From Candidatus Micrarchaeota archaeon (GTDB lineage Archaea > Micrarchaeota > Micrarchaeia > Micrarchaeales > CABMGC01): 43,080 bases of DNA. Shown here in pieces: positions 17,594-26,552 of the stretch. The notes beneath the pieces were generated by a model, which had not been told where the DNA came from, did no database searches, and saw only the letters and a program-made list of their open reading frames with translations. The translations under genes were made by a program, and so were the position numbers. The stretch covers positions 1 to 43,080 of the forward strand of contig JAJZLT010000042.1 in assembly GCA_021803245.1 (NCBI GenBank), written 5' to 3'. Positions within the stretch are counted from its first letter, which is position 1; every line of letters begins with the position of its first letter.

Positions 17594-19090
17594 ATGAAAG
17601 AACAATCGCGCTTCAGGCTTCAGAGTGCAATGGAGTACCTTATGACATATGGCTGGGCCATAGTCATAATTGTGCTGGTAATAGTAGTGTTTTATGCCCT
17701 TGGCTTCCTAAACGCCAATACATATGCCACGCAATCGTGCACGTTGCAGGCAGGCTTCGGCTGCATAGGCAGCGTGCTTTCCCAATCAGGCGTACTTGTT
17801 CTTAACCTGGAACAAGGTACCCAGGACCCAATAAACGTGACTGGCGTATCATGCAATGAACAGCAGGACGCAACGGCCTTGCAGGCCCCAATAAATCCCC
17901 CATCCAACCAGGTAGAAGTCTTGGCAGGCGCAAACGCAACAATATATCTGGAATGTTATGACCAGAACAACCTTTTCTCAGGACCTATTGGCACTCCATT
18001 CCGCGGATATCTTACTATATACTACAAAAATAACGTAAATGGCTTCACAGGAGTAATTAAGGGCCAGCTATCTACTGTTGTGTCTTCAAACATCAGTCTG
18101 CCCACATCTGGCAATCAGCTATCAGCTACGTATTATGTCCCAATTACAATAACTAATTCTCAGGACGCAGGCACACCCGACCCGTTCCAGCAAGAACTCA
18201 CGATAGACAGCGCAGCTTATGGGAATTATATAAGCTCAGGATGGAGCAATGTGGAATTCTCCACAGATGTGCCTGGCACTCTTGGTAATACTTATCTAAA
18301 TGCATGGGTGGAGAGCGGCGCGAGCAATACTGCGACAAACACGGTCGTGTGGGTAAACTTGCCGAATGGCATAGGAGCGGGCAATTCCATTACAATATAC
18401 ATGGATTTCGTGACGAATAATGTGCTTAGCATTGCCGGACCTACTGGCGAAGCGCCTACGCTAAGCACATTTTACGGCCAGTATGACGATGGAGCGCAGG
18501 TATTCAATTATTATACCAATTTCAAAGGAACGTCTCTTCCGGCGAATTGGGAAGCAGTGCCTTCCACTGCGGTAGTTATAAACGATGGCATGACCGTAGA
18601 AAATTATCCTAATACATACAACTGGGACATGGCCATTTACGTGGACAGCTACAATCCGGAAACTGAGATCGTGGATTTCTATGGGGATATTTCTGCTGCA
18701 GGTGCTCTTAACCAGCAGTTTATAGGCCCAACCAGGTACATACCGCCAAGCACCTCTGTTTTCCAGACTATCTCGCAGGCATCAGGAAGCTACTCATTGT
18801 ATAACCTCGATCCAAGCGGCGCGTCAAATGTGAATCTTGGTGTAAGTTCCTTCAACGCGCCTGAGCTCTTTAGCGTCTGGGCCGGCGCGACAGGAAGTAT
18901 GGCCATGGTGAATTACGGTCCGCAGATTTCAAACACTAACGATTTCAAAGTTGAGCCTACAGAATATCTTGACTTCTACAACATAGAGAACGGCCCCACT
19001 ACATTCGTGCAATGGCTCAGGATAAGAGCGATGCCTCCGGGCGGCATTATGCCTTCGTTTACCCCAGGCGCATTGAGCAAGGCAGGGTAA
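17594..19090 (+). CDS. Class III signal peptide pilin-like adhesin with DUF2341-like domain
   Basis: RLQS/AMEYLMTYGW plus TM helix; C..GF.C pilin domain; YVPITITN..PFQQ..AWVESG..VWVNLP..GEAP..YGQYD.G..VF.YY; C-terminal QWLRIRA.PP.G.MP. Confidence 0.82.
   Translation: MKEQSRFRLQSAMEYLMTYGWAIVIIVLVIVVFYALGFLNANTYATQSCTLQAGFGCIGSVLSQSGVLVLNLEQGTQDPINVTGVSCNEQQDATALQAPINPPSNQVEVLAGANATIYLECYDQNNLFSGPIGTPFRGYLTIYYKNNVNGFTGVIKGQLSTVVSSNISLPTSGNQLSATYYVPITITNSQDAGTPDPFQQELTIDSAAYGNYISSGWSNVEFSTDVPGTLGNTYLNAWVESGASNTATNTVVWVNLPNGIGAGNSITIYMDFVTNNVLSIAGPTGEAPTLSTFYGQYDDGAQVFNYYTNFKGTSLPANWEAVPSTAVVINDGMTVENYPNTYNWDMAIYVDSYNPETEIVDFYGDISAAGALNQQFIGPTRYIPPSTSVFQTISQASGSYSLYNLDPSGASNVNLGVSSFNAPELFSVWAGATGSMAMVNYGPQISNTNDFKVEPTEYLDFYNIENGPTTFVQWLRIRAMPPGGIMPSFTPGALSKAG
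18302..18357 (+). repeat. Direct repeat copy 1 (54/56 identical to 19785-19840)
   Basis: gcatgggtggagagcggcgcgagcaatactgcgaca (36 nt exact) followed by [a/g]acac[g/a]gtcgtgtgggtaaa. Confidence 0.9.
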
Positions 19091-19094
19091 GAGA

Positions 19095-20549
19095 ATGAGA
19101 AAACTACAGAGTGCAGTGGAATATCTGACAACGTATGGATGGATGATTCTGATAGTTACGGTAGTTCTCGTTGCATTCTATTATTTTGGGGTGGCAAATC
19201 CCAGCTCCCTGCAGCATCCCAAGTGCCTTATTGCACAGAGCAGCCTCTCGTGCATAAGCTTTGTGATGGCTAATTCAGGGGTCTTATACCTGAATTTAGG
19301 CAACTATGCACAGGAGCCCATAAACATAACTGGAATAGGATGCGGCACGTCCAATACAATAGACACGATGCAGGCTCCGGTCAATCCTCCTTCAAACCAA
19401 GTAGAACTTGCAGACAACTCCAATTATACATTCGAAGTGCAATGTTATAATGACGCATTGCCTTTTTCAGGCAAAATAGGATCTTTCTTTACAGGCACGG
19501 TAGTTGTGAACTATACTAATGACGCCACAGGCCTTTCAGGTCTTATTTACGGAAGCCTGGAAGTGCCCGTATCGACTATATCGACATTAACTACAAATTC
19601 GATTAACGCAAATGCAATCAAGTATGTGCCGCTAAGCCTGACGAATCTGGAGCCTATAAGCACATCTGCGCCGTTCGAGCAGAAGATAATTATAGACAGC
19701 GCCGAGTTTTCCAATGTAATAAGCCCTAACTGGAATAATATAGAATTCAGCACAGGACCAATGGGCACAGGCTCTACCTTGGAGGCATGGGTGGAGAGCG
19801 GCGCGAGCAATACTGCGACAGACACAGTCGTGTGGGTAAATGTTCCTTCTGGCATACCTGCAGGTAAGACAGTACAGATATACATGAACTTTATGCCCAC
19901 TAATGTCATGTCTGCAAATGGACCTACAGGTGAAGCGCCTACGCTAAGCCCGTCATATGGCCAGTACGATAACGGGGCTCTGGTTTTTGATTATTATACC
20001 GATTTTGCCGGCACCACGGTGCCAAGCGGCTGGGACATACAGCCATCTAGTGCAGGAGGAATTGATGATGGCATAACACTCTCTCCGACATCAGGATCAG
20101 AAATTGCAACATACGTGAATGGATTCAATCCGCAGACCGAAACGCTTGACGCCTACGGGCAGATAAACTCTGGTCCAGGAAATAATGGCGATTACGTAGG
20201 TTGGCTTGTCAGCATACCTTATTCGAGGTATGCTATTACCTCAGAGAACAATGCATATTACTTAGTCAACAACAATTCGATATCAAGCAGTTATAGCATA
20301 CCGACCGGATACGCTACAGGTGTAACTAACCTGATCAGCATATCCGCTACAGCTTCGAACAGCAGCGCGTCTGTAAACTATGGCGCTACCTACACAAACT
20401 CGAACTCTTTTGAGCCTACCCTGGTAGATTTTATAACAGTAGGAGCAAGCAGCGGAAACCCTGCAGTTTTCATCCAGTGGCTGCGTGTAAGATCAACGCC
20501 ACCGAATGGAGTAATGCCTACGGCCACTATCTCCACAACAGTAAAATGA
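19095..20549 (+). CDS. Class III signal peptide pilin-like adhesin with DUF2341-like domain (tandem paralog)
   Basis: KLQS/AVEYLTTYGW; same domain motifs as 17594-19090 (QAP.NPPSNQVE, AWVESGASNTAT, QWLRVRS.PPNG.MP). Confidence 0.82.
   Translation: MRKLQSAVEYLTTYGWMILIVTVVLVAFYYFGVANPSSLQHPKCLIAQSSLSCISFVMANSGVLYLNLGNYAQEPINITGIGCGTSNTIDTMQAPVNPPSNQVELADNSNYTFEVQCYNDALPFSGKIGSFFTGTVVVNYTNDATGLSGLIYGSLEVPVSTISTLTTNSINANAIKYVPLSLTNLEPISTSAPFEQKIIIDSAEFSNVISPNWNNIEFSTGPMGTGSTLEAWVESGASNTATDTVVWVNVPSGIPAGKTVQIYMNFMPTNVMSANGPTGEAPTLSPSYGQYDNGALVFDYYTDFAGTTVPSGWDIQPSSAGGIDDGITLSPTSGSEIATYVNGFNPQTETLDAYGQINSGPGNNGDYVGWLVSIPYSRYAITSENNAYYLVNNNSISSSYSIPTGYATGVTNLISISATASNSSASVNYGATYTNSNSFEPTLVDFITVGASSGNPAVFIQWLRVRSTPPNGVMPTATISTTVK
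19785..19840 (+). repeat. Direct repeat copy 2
   Basis: Matches 18302-18357 at 54 of 56 positions. Confidence 0.9.
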
Positions 20550-20567
20550 TTGAACATGCAGTTTGCG

Positions 20568-21113
20568 CTATTGCCTGGCAATGCTCCCTGCATTTTTCTT
20601 GATGGGAATAGGCTTGCAGACATCACCTTCTCCATAAGGATAAACCACTCCCCCTGCCGACTGCACTACTCTCTCCAGGCCATTTTCTTTCATAGCCTCC
20701 ACTACCTCGTCTTTTGCTGCACCAGTTATGCCCTTGAGCTCCCCTTTCTCTACCTGGCTTATTGTGTACATTGTACCTCCGCGATAAATCCAACCTTTTT
20801 CCTCATTTCTGATTACGCTTACCGTGCCATTCTCTTTTCGCGCCTCCTCGGTGACAAGCTTTGCCCGTGCCGCCCCGACTGGCCAGTTTTTTATAACTTC
20901 GTCTGCATTATTGCTGCTTATCTCTTTTTCCACAATAAGCGGGGACCTATTCGTTGGTTTCCTGATCATCTCATCAAGATGCCTACCTACAGGAAATTCG
21001 AACCTGACAAGCGTACGATGAGAAATATCCTGCCTCTCGGACTGCGGGCTTCTGTCTCTTGCTGCCTTTCGTAGCGCAGATTCATCACCTTGACTGAACT
21101 GAATAGCCGGCAT
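20568..21113 (-). CDS. Hypothetical protein (orphan)
   Basis: 181-aa ORF with natural charged composition and TTTAAATA upstream; preferred over the antisense 20550-21074 ORF. Confidence 0.65.
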   Translation of the reverse strand: MPAIQFSQGDESALRKAARDRSPQSERQDISHRTLVRFEFPVGRHLDEMIRKPTNRSPLIVEKEISSNNADEVIKNWPVGAARAKLVTEEARKENGTVSVIRNEEKGWIYRGGTMYTISQVEKGELKGITGAAKDEVVEAMKENGLERVVQSAGGVVYPYGEGDVCKPIPIKKNAGSIARQ

Positions 21114-21234
21114 GGTACCAGTAGAAGATTTTTAATACGGTCCACATATTTAAACATTGCTGCGTCTATCCGGATTTTAGATAAACAATTATGGCTTAAC
21201 GGCTTTGTCCGAACTAAAGGGCCGGCGCTGCCAT

Positions 21235-22533
21235 TTATTTTCCGATATAATCGGACATGCTCTGCTGGCCGCTGCCTTTTGGCACATACGGCCTTTCGCG
21301 GAATATGTCGATCTGCCCGAAGACGCCGTCATATCCTGGAATTACGTTCACATGCCCGCTTCTGACATTTTCTATGGCCTTGCCTAAGCCACGGAACGTT
21401 TCCTCTATTTCCACTGCATCTGCATGAAGGAGTACATTGAACTCTGTTCCAAACCTCTTAACAAGGAGGTTATATGCATTATTGACATAATCCGTGCCTA
21501 TCCCTTTTTTTGTTACGTGTGCTATTATCTCAAGAAGCGGAACCATATGTACAAAGCCAGGCCTATCTGACGGCTTGTAACCCTCAGACCTGTCTGCGAG
21601 CTCCTCCACCCGATGAAGTACGCCTACAGTTAATTTCTTTCTGCAGACAGGGCAGATGTTATTGTATTTTTTGGCTTGAGACGGCGTAAAGGAGATCTTG
21701 CACTTCCGGTGGCCGTCATAATGGTACTTGCCCTCTTCTGGATAAAAATCAACTGTCTTCTTTATTTTTTGGCCCTTCATAGCTGCAACCAGAGAGTCAT
21801 AGGAAAGCTTGTTGCTGATGTCAAAGATTGTTGCCTTTCGTCCCATTTTCTGCAGTGAATGTGCATCGCTGGTTCCGAGCAGGGTATACCTGTCAAGTTT
21901 TGACACCCTCCAGTTCATCGGCGGATCGCTGCTAAGCCCCATATCAACAGCAAATATGTGCCTGGCCTGATCCTCGTATGCTTCCTCTATTGAATTTAAA
22001 CCGGAGAAGGCCCCCAAAACCCCAAACCACGGAGTCCATAGATGTGCTGGAAAAACGACGTTGCGGCTATTTATGCCCATTACCCTTTCGACTAGCTCGC
22101 TTGCACTCATTTTCAGTATAGGCCTGCCGTCCATTGCGACGTCCCCGTAACGTGCAAGTTCTTTGCATACCTGCTCTGCTGTTTCCAGATCAGGTGCAAG
22201 CATTACATGATGTATCTTCTTCACGCTCCCATCTGTACTAAACATGCCCATTTTCTGTGATTGGCTGCCCGCATCTCTATATATTGTGCATACTTCTGCG
22301 CCGATGACAAACTTCGTATCTGGCCCGCCTCCTTTTATAGTGTATATCCCAGCCTCTCCTTCGAGGGTAGATTTTATCTCCTTGAGCCAGAGAGGGTGGG
22401 TGAAATCTCCAGTAGCTATCAATCCAATGCCTTTTGCCTGCGCAGTTTGAGCCATTGCGCTTAGTACAAGACGTTCGCTGCAGGCTCCGGCATACTTGGA
22501 ATGCAGGTGAAGATCCGCTATAAGCTCCATCAT
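21235..22533 (-). CDS. Endonuclease Q family (PHP domain + Zn finger)
   Basis: ADLHLHSKYA, TGDFTHP, DGRP, PAHLWTPWFG, SDAHS, GKYHYDGHRKC...CPVC, GVLHRVEELADR, PGYDGVFG. Confidence 0.9.
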   Translation of the reverse strand: MMELIADLHLHSKYAGACSERLVLSAMAQTAQAKGIGLIATGDFTHPLWLKEIKSTLEGEAGIYTIKGGGPDTKFVIGAEVCTIYRDAGSQSQKMGMFSTDGSVKKIHHVMLAPDLETAEQVCKELARYGDVAMDGRPILKMSASELVERVMGINSRNVVFPAHLWTPWFGVLGAFSGLNSIEEAYEDQARHIFAVDMGLSSDPPMNWRVSKLDRYTLLGTSDAHSLQKMGRKATIFDISNKLSYDSLVAAMKGQKIKKTVDFYPEEGKYHYDGHRKCKISFTPSQAKKYNNICPVCRKKLTVGVLHRVEELADRSEGYKPSDRPGFVHMVPLLEIIAHVTKKGIGTDYVNNAYNLLVKRFGTEFNVLLHADAVEIEETFRGLGKAIENVRSGHVNVIPGYDGVFGQIDIFRERPYVPKGSGQQSMSDYIGK

Positions 22534-22534
22534 T

Positions 22535-23191
22535 TCACTTTGATTTCGCAACACCGTTTCTCATGCATATGTCATTTATTATGCACTTGCTGCAGATTGG
22601 TATTCTGGACTGACAGACGTTATGGCCGTGCGCCTTGAAGACATACGCGATATTGTGCCAGTGGCTTTTGTCTACGAGCTTCATCAGGTCATTCTCAATA
22701 AGCTCGGGATCCTCGCTACTCGTGATTCCTATCCTTCCGGGAACTCTTATTACCCACGTATCCACAGGTATTCCCTCTACTACCCCAAATGCATTTATGA
22801 GTATAGTATTTGCTGTCTTCCTGCCTATTCCTGGAAGTGCAACGAGGCTACCCATATCCTTTGGTATGTTTCCTCCGTGTTTTTCCAGCACTAACCTGCA
22901 TGCCTTTATTATGTTCCTCGCCTTGTTCTGCGGAAATGCAACTCTGCTTATGTCTTTAGCCAGTTCGCCTTCATCTGCATTGGAATAGGCTTCAGGTGTC
23001 TTATACTTCTTGAAAAGCTGCGGGGTAACTGAATTCACCACCGCATCTTTTGTCTGCGCAGAGATTATGGCTGCAACCATAAGTTCCAGAGGTGTGCTGA
23101 AGTTTAGATAGTACTTTGCATCAGGATATTCCTTTATCAGCCGGGCTATTGCCTCCTTTGCCTTGGCCTCTCCAAGAACAGCGTCTCCCAT
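22535..23191 (-). CDS. nth: Endonuclease III
   Basis: SAQTKD, HhH LPGIGRKTAN, VDT, 4Fe-4S motif C-x6-C-x2-C-x5-C. Confidence 0.93.
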   Translation of the reverse strand: MGDAVLGEAKAKEAIARLIKEYPDAKYYLNFSTPLELMVAAIISAQTKDAVVNSVTPQLFKKYKTPEAYSNADEGELAKDISRVAFPQNKARNIIKACRLVLEKHGGNIPKDMGSLVALPGIGRKTANTILINAFGVVEGIPVDTWVIRVPGRIGITSSEDPELIENDLMKLVDKSHWHNIAYVFKAHGHNVCQSRIPICSKCIINDICMRNGVAKSK

Positions 23192-23195
23192 ATAA

Positions 23196-23681
23196 TCACA
23201 TTTTGTATCCGAGCTCCCTTAAAAATTTCTTCCGCTTCAACCTTTCTTCGTCTGATTCAGTGCCTTTCGGCGGGAAGCCATCTGTTATCCCAAGTATGCT
23301 TCTGCCCTGCCCAGTCTGGCCGACAATTACTTCGACACTGTTTGCCGTGGAGCAATAGATGCTTACGACTTCAGGAACGCTTTTGACAGCGTTGTTAACA
23401 TTTATCGGGTAGGCACTCTTGAATATTACCACAAACGTATGGCCCGCACCTATTGCAAGCGCATTTCGCTCGGCTAATTCTTTCAGCTTGTTATCATTTC
23501 CCTCGCTTCTCACAAGGCAAGGGCCGCTCGCCTCGGAAAATGCGAGGCCGAACCTTATGCCAGGTACGCTGCCTACAATCGCTTCGTATATGTCTTCCAC
23601 TGTCTTTATGAATCCTGCGTGGCCTATCATGATCTGCATTTCTTCCTCTTTTTCTATCTTTACTGATTTTACTTCCACCAT
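23196..23681 (-). CDS. Adenosine-specific kinase family (DUF355/COG1839)
   Basis: GHAGFIKTVEDIYE, FGLAFSEASGPCLVR, GAGHTF, TAN.VEVI, RKKFLRELGYK; start moved to ATG 23681 to avoid overlap with aspS. Confidence 0.88.
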   Translation of the reverse strand: MVEVKSVKIEKEEEMQIMIGHAGFIKTVEDIYEAIVGSVPGIRFGLAFSEASGPCLVRSEGNDNKLKELAERNALAIGAGHTFVVIFKSAYPINVNNAVKSVPEVVSIYCSTANSVEVIVGQTGQGRSILGITDGFPPKGTESDEERLKRKKFLRELGYKM

Positions 23682-23685
23682 ACAA

Positions 23686-24981
23686 TCACGGCGTAAGCCT
23701 GTTCCTGTCTCTTGGAAATGGAGAGCATTCACGTATGTTGCTGCTGCCTGTTATCTTCATCGTAAAGCGTTCAAGGCCTATGCTCCAGCCGGCATGGGGA
23801 GGTGCACCGCATCTGAACGCATCTATGTAGAATTTAAAGTCGTCAGGATTTAATCCGCGGCTCTTTATTGATTCCACCAATGTGTCTGGGTCGTGTATCC
23901 TCTGCGCTCCGCTCGATATCTCTATCCCTTTGTAGATGAAGTCATAGCTACTGCAAAGCTCAGGGTCGGCGGGCTTGGGCATGCTGTAGAATGCCCTGAG
24001 GGAGGTCGGGTAATCTTTTATTATCAGCATATCGCCGTAAATAGATCCGAGCATGCTCTCGTGTTCCCTATTGAAATCGTCTCCGAACTGGATCTTTGCG
24101 CCATTTGCAGCAAGCTTGTCAAGAGCCTGCTTGTACGTTACTATTTTTACCTTAGATTCTTTGATCTCGGCCTTAAGCGTAGCGAGGTCCGCTCCGTTCT
24201 TGCTGGACACAGTTTTAAGTATCGAGCTGACTGTTTTCTTTAGCATCTTTATTGCATCATTCTGGTCTGCAAAACCCATCTCTATGTCCATTTGTGTGCT
24301 CTCATTGAGGTGAAAGACAGTATTGTGCTTCTCAGCCCTGAAGGCAGATGCAATCATAAATACACGGTCCATGCCACCAAGCACTGCAAGTTGTTTGTAA
24401 AGCTGCGGCGATTGCGCCAGGTATGCTTTTTTCTCAAAATACGCTACTTGGAAGAGGTCTGCTCCTCCTTCAGTTGCTGCCTCTACAAGATTAGTGGGGC
24501 GCAGCTCCTGGAAGCCTTCCCTGATTACCGCATTTCTGAAACCATTCAGCACAGATGCCTCGATGTTAAATATTGAAGTCGTTTCAAGCCTTCTGAAGTC
24601 TATGTACCTGTAGTCAAGCCGCACATCTATATCTGCAGGCACCTTGCCGGTAACTTCGAAGGGTATCTTGGCAGTAATGGGATTCAGGTTTGTTACCGTC
24701 AGTGGTATTATTTCGAAACCTTTGCTTGCCATTGCACTCTTTGCTATCTTCCCTTTTACCATTATCACGCTTTCTTTAGGAAGCACAAGGCTCTTCTTTA
24801 TGGCTTCTTCAACAATTCCGTCCTTTCCTGTTATCTGGATTATGCCTGTATGATCCCGAAGAAGCAGGAATACAAGCTTGCCTAGATCCCTTACCTCGTG
24901 CACCCATCCGGCGAGTATTACCTCCTCGCCTTCCATACCTGCGCTTAGTTGCGAGACATAATGCGATCTATAGGCTATCAT
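23686..24981 (-). CDS. aspS: Aspartate--tRNA ligase (archaeal type, probably non-discriminating Asp/Asn)
   Basis: GWVHEVRDLG, LAQSPQLYKQ, FRAEKH, EISSGAQRIH, PPHAGWSIGLER, FPRDRNRLTP. Confidence 0.95.
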   Translation of the reverse strand: MIAYRSHYVSQLSAGMEGEEVILAGWVHEVRDLGKLVFLLLRDHTGIIQITGKDGIVEEAIKKSLVLPKESVIMVKGKIAKSAMASKGFEIIPLTVTNLNPITAKIPFEVTGKVPADIDVRLDYRYIDFRRLETTSIFNIEASVLNGFRNAVIREGFQELRPTNLVEAATEGGADLFQVAYFEKKAYLAQSPQLYKQLAVLGGMDRVFMIASAFRAEKHNTVFHLNESTQMDIEMGFADQNDAIKMLKKTVSSILKTVSSKNGADLATLKAEIKESKVKIVTYKQALDKLAANGAKIQFGDDFNREHESMLGSIYGDMLIIKDYPTSLRAFYSMPKPADPELCSSYDFIYKGIEISSGAQRIHDPDTLVESIKSRGLNPDDFKFYIDAFRCGAPPHAGWSIGLERFTMKITGSSNIRECSPFPRDRNRLTP

Positions 24982-25040
24982 AACAATTCCTATATTCAGA
25001 TACGAAGAAAAGAAATAAAGCTCTTGTCAGGCAAGATATT

Positions 25041-25424
25041 GTGGATGGAATGGTGGTTCAGGTAAAAGATGTCATGAGCAGGCATCTAGTTGCTGTCTCT
25101 CTCGAATCCGGGCTGGAAAATGCGCTGAAGATGATGAGCATAGCGAAAGTAGGCGTTGCGCCTGTGCTGAACAACGGCAAGCTTGTGGGTATCTTGAAAA
25201 GGCGCGAAGCGGAGGCTCTGCAAGGAAATGGGTTTAAGGTAAAGGAAGTGATGCATAAGCCCGCCTATTCATTTGGAACAGAAAGCATTCATGAAGCTGG
25301 AAGAAAGCTTGTAGAGAATGGAATAACAAGGCTGCCCGTAGTGGACAATGAAAATGATATGACTTGCATAGGCATAATAACTTCCACAGAGATCGCAAAT
25401 GAGATGAAGAAGGAAAAGAAATGA
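25041..25424 (+). CDS. CBS-domain pair protein
   Basis: VKDVMS...PVLNNGKLVGIL and VKEVM...RLPVVD...GIITSTEI. Confidence 0.9.
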   Translation: MDGMVVQVKDVMSRHLVAVSLESGLENALKMMSIAKVGVAPVLNNGKLVGILKRREAEALQGNGFKVKEVMHKPAYSFGTESIHEAGRKLVENGITRLPVVDNENDMTCIGIITSTEIANEMKKEKK

Positions 25425-25473
25425 ATGGAAAGAGATGCAATTTCCTCTTTCCAAACAACCGATTCTTATGTTT

Positions 25474-25770
25474 TTATTTTGCGAGAATTATTTCTATCGC
25501 GCTTACCTTTGATTTTGTGCCATCTTCGTTGGCTATCTCTTCAGAGCTTATGTCAATCTGATTCACTTTCACATCAGTAACGAATCTGTTTCTCGCTATT
25601 TCGGCTACATCCACGGCGCGGGATATCGCATTTCCTCTCGCTCTGACCTTGACGCTCTTGGCCCCGTTGTTGAACTGCGTTACTACTGCAAGAACATAGT
25701 TCATTGCTGGCTTCTTCCCTATCAAGACCACATTTTCCGGTATCGAACTCGTTGTTGTTTCTTCCTCCAT
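25474..25770 (-). CDS. albA: DNA/RNA-binding protein Alba
   Basis: [37 protein letters not shown]. Confidence 0.96.
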   Translation of the reverse strand: MEEETTTSSIPENVVLIGKKPAMNYVLAVVTQFNNGAKSVKVRARGNAISRAVDVAEIARNRFVTDVKVNQIDISSEEIANEDGTKSKVSAIEIILAK

Positions 25771-25973
25771 ATTTCCACCATGTGTTAAGCATGACCTCTG
25801 GCTGGATTGCTTAGATAAAATTAAGTCTGCAGATATTTAAACCTTCGTGAAAACTTTTGCAGAATAAACTAGCAGCCAGATTGTCTGCCGTATTTCTGCA
25901 TACACTGTTGAAAGCCGCCTTGAGTCATGAAACCTGAAGTCAGCAGGGCATTGGCATTGTTATTAACATTGCG

Positions 25974-26552
25974 TTAATCTTGCTTTCTTGCAAATGTAAG
26001 ATATGCCGTATGCCATATTCCCTTGGTGGTGGGCCTTATTCCTTCCTCGCGCACCAGCATATCTCTTACAATTACCTCCACGGTGTAAATGTCAGCGAAG
26101 CCCAGCCTTGAAAGAGTTGTGGAGAATTTCTTCACTTGTTCCATGTGCGGAAGATATCCTACCACGCATCCGCCATCTTTTAGCGCCTTCTTTGCATTCC
26201 TGAGTGCTTTCTCCGAGTCGGGAAGGTCTAAGGTAAATAGGTCTGCACCTGTCTCGTCCACTTTCTTTGATACGTCTTTGTTCTTTAACGTGACGTTGTC
26301 AAGGCCAAGAAATGCCCTGTTTCTTTCGGCTATGCTTATGAAATCCTCCCGAACGTCATACGAATATACATGCTTGCATATCCTGGCAAGGCTCAGAGCA
26401 AGCCAGCCACTCCCGGTGCCCGCATCTATGCATATGCTATTCTTGTCTATTCCGGAATACGAGATTATTATGCCTATGTCTTTTGGCAGTATGACCTGTG
26501 GCCCTCTCTTTAGCTTTCGGTATATCTTCGGATAGATAAACATGTGGCTCAT
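25974..26552 (-). CDS. trmI: tRNA (adenine-N1)-methyltransferase, TrmI/GCD14 family (catalytic domain only)
   Basis: KRGPQVILPKD, DAGTGSG, LDLP, GIRP...HTAYLTFARK. Confidence 0.85.
   Translation of the reverse strand: MSHMFIYPKIYRKLKRGPQVILPKDIGIIISYSGIDKNSICIDAGTGSGWLALSLARICKHVYSYDVREDFISIAERNRAFLGLDNVTLKNKDVSKKVDETGADLFTLDLPDSEKALRNAKKALKDGGCVVGYLPHMEQVKKFSTTLSRLGFADIYTVEVIVRDMLVREEGIRPTTKGIWHTAYLTFARKQD

Noticed and set aside
18302-19840. Repeat pair as a diversity-generating retroelement TR/VR
   Set aside because: Both copies are mid-gene in paralogs, there are only two mismatches and they run in opposite directions (A>G and G>A), and there is no reverse transcriptase in the window
20550-21074. 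174-aa plus-strand ORF
   Set aside because: TTG start, implausible composition, antisense to the more protein-like 20568-21113 ORF
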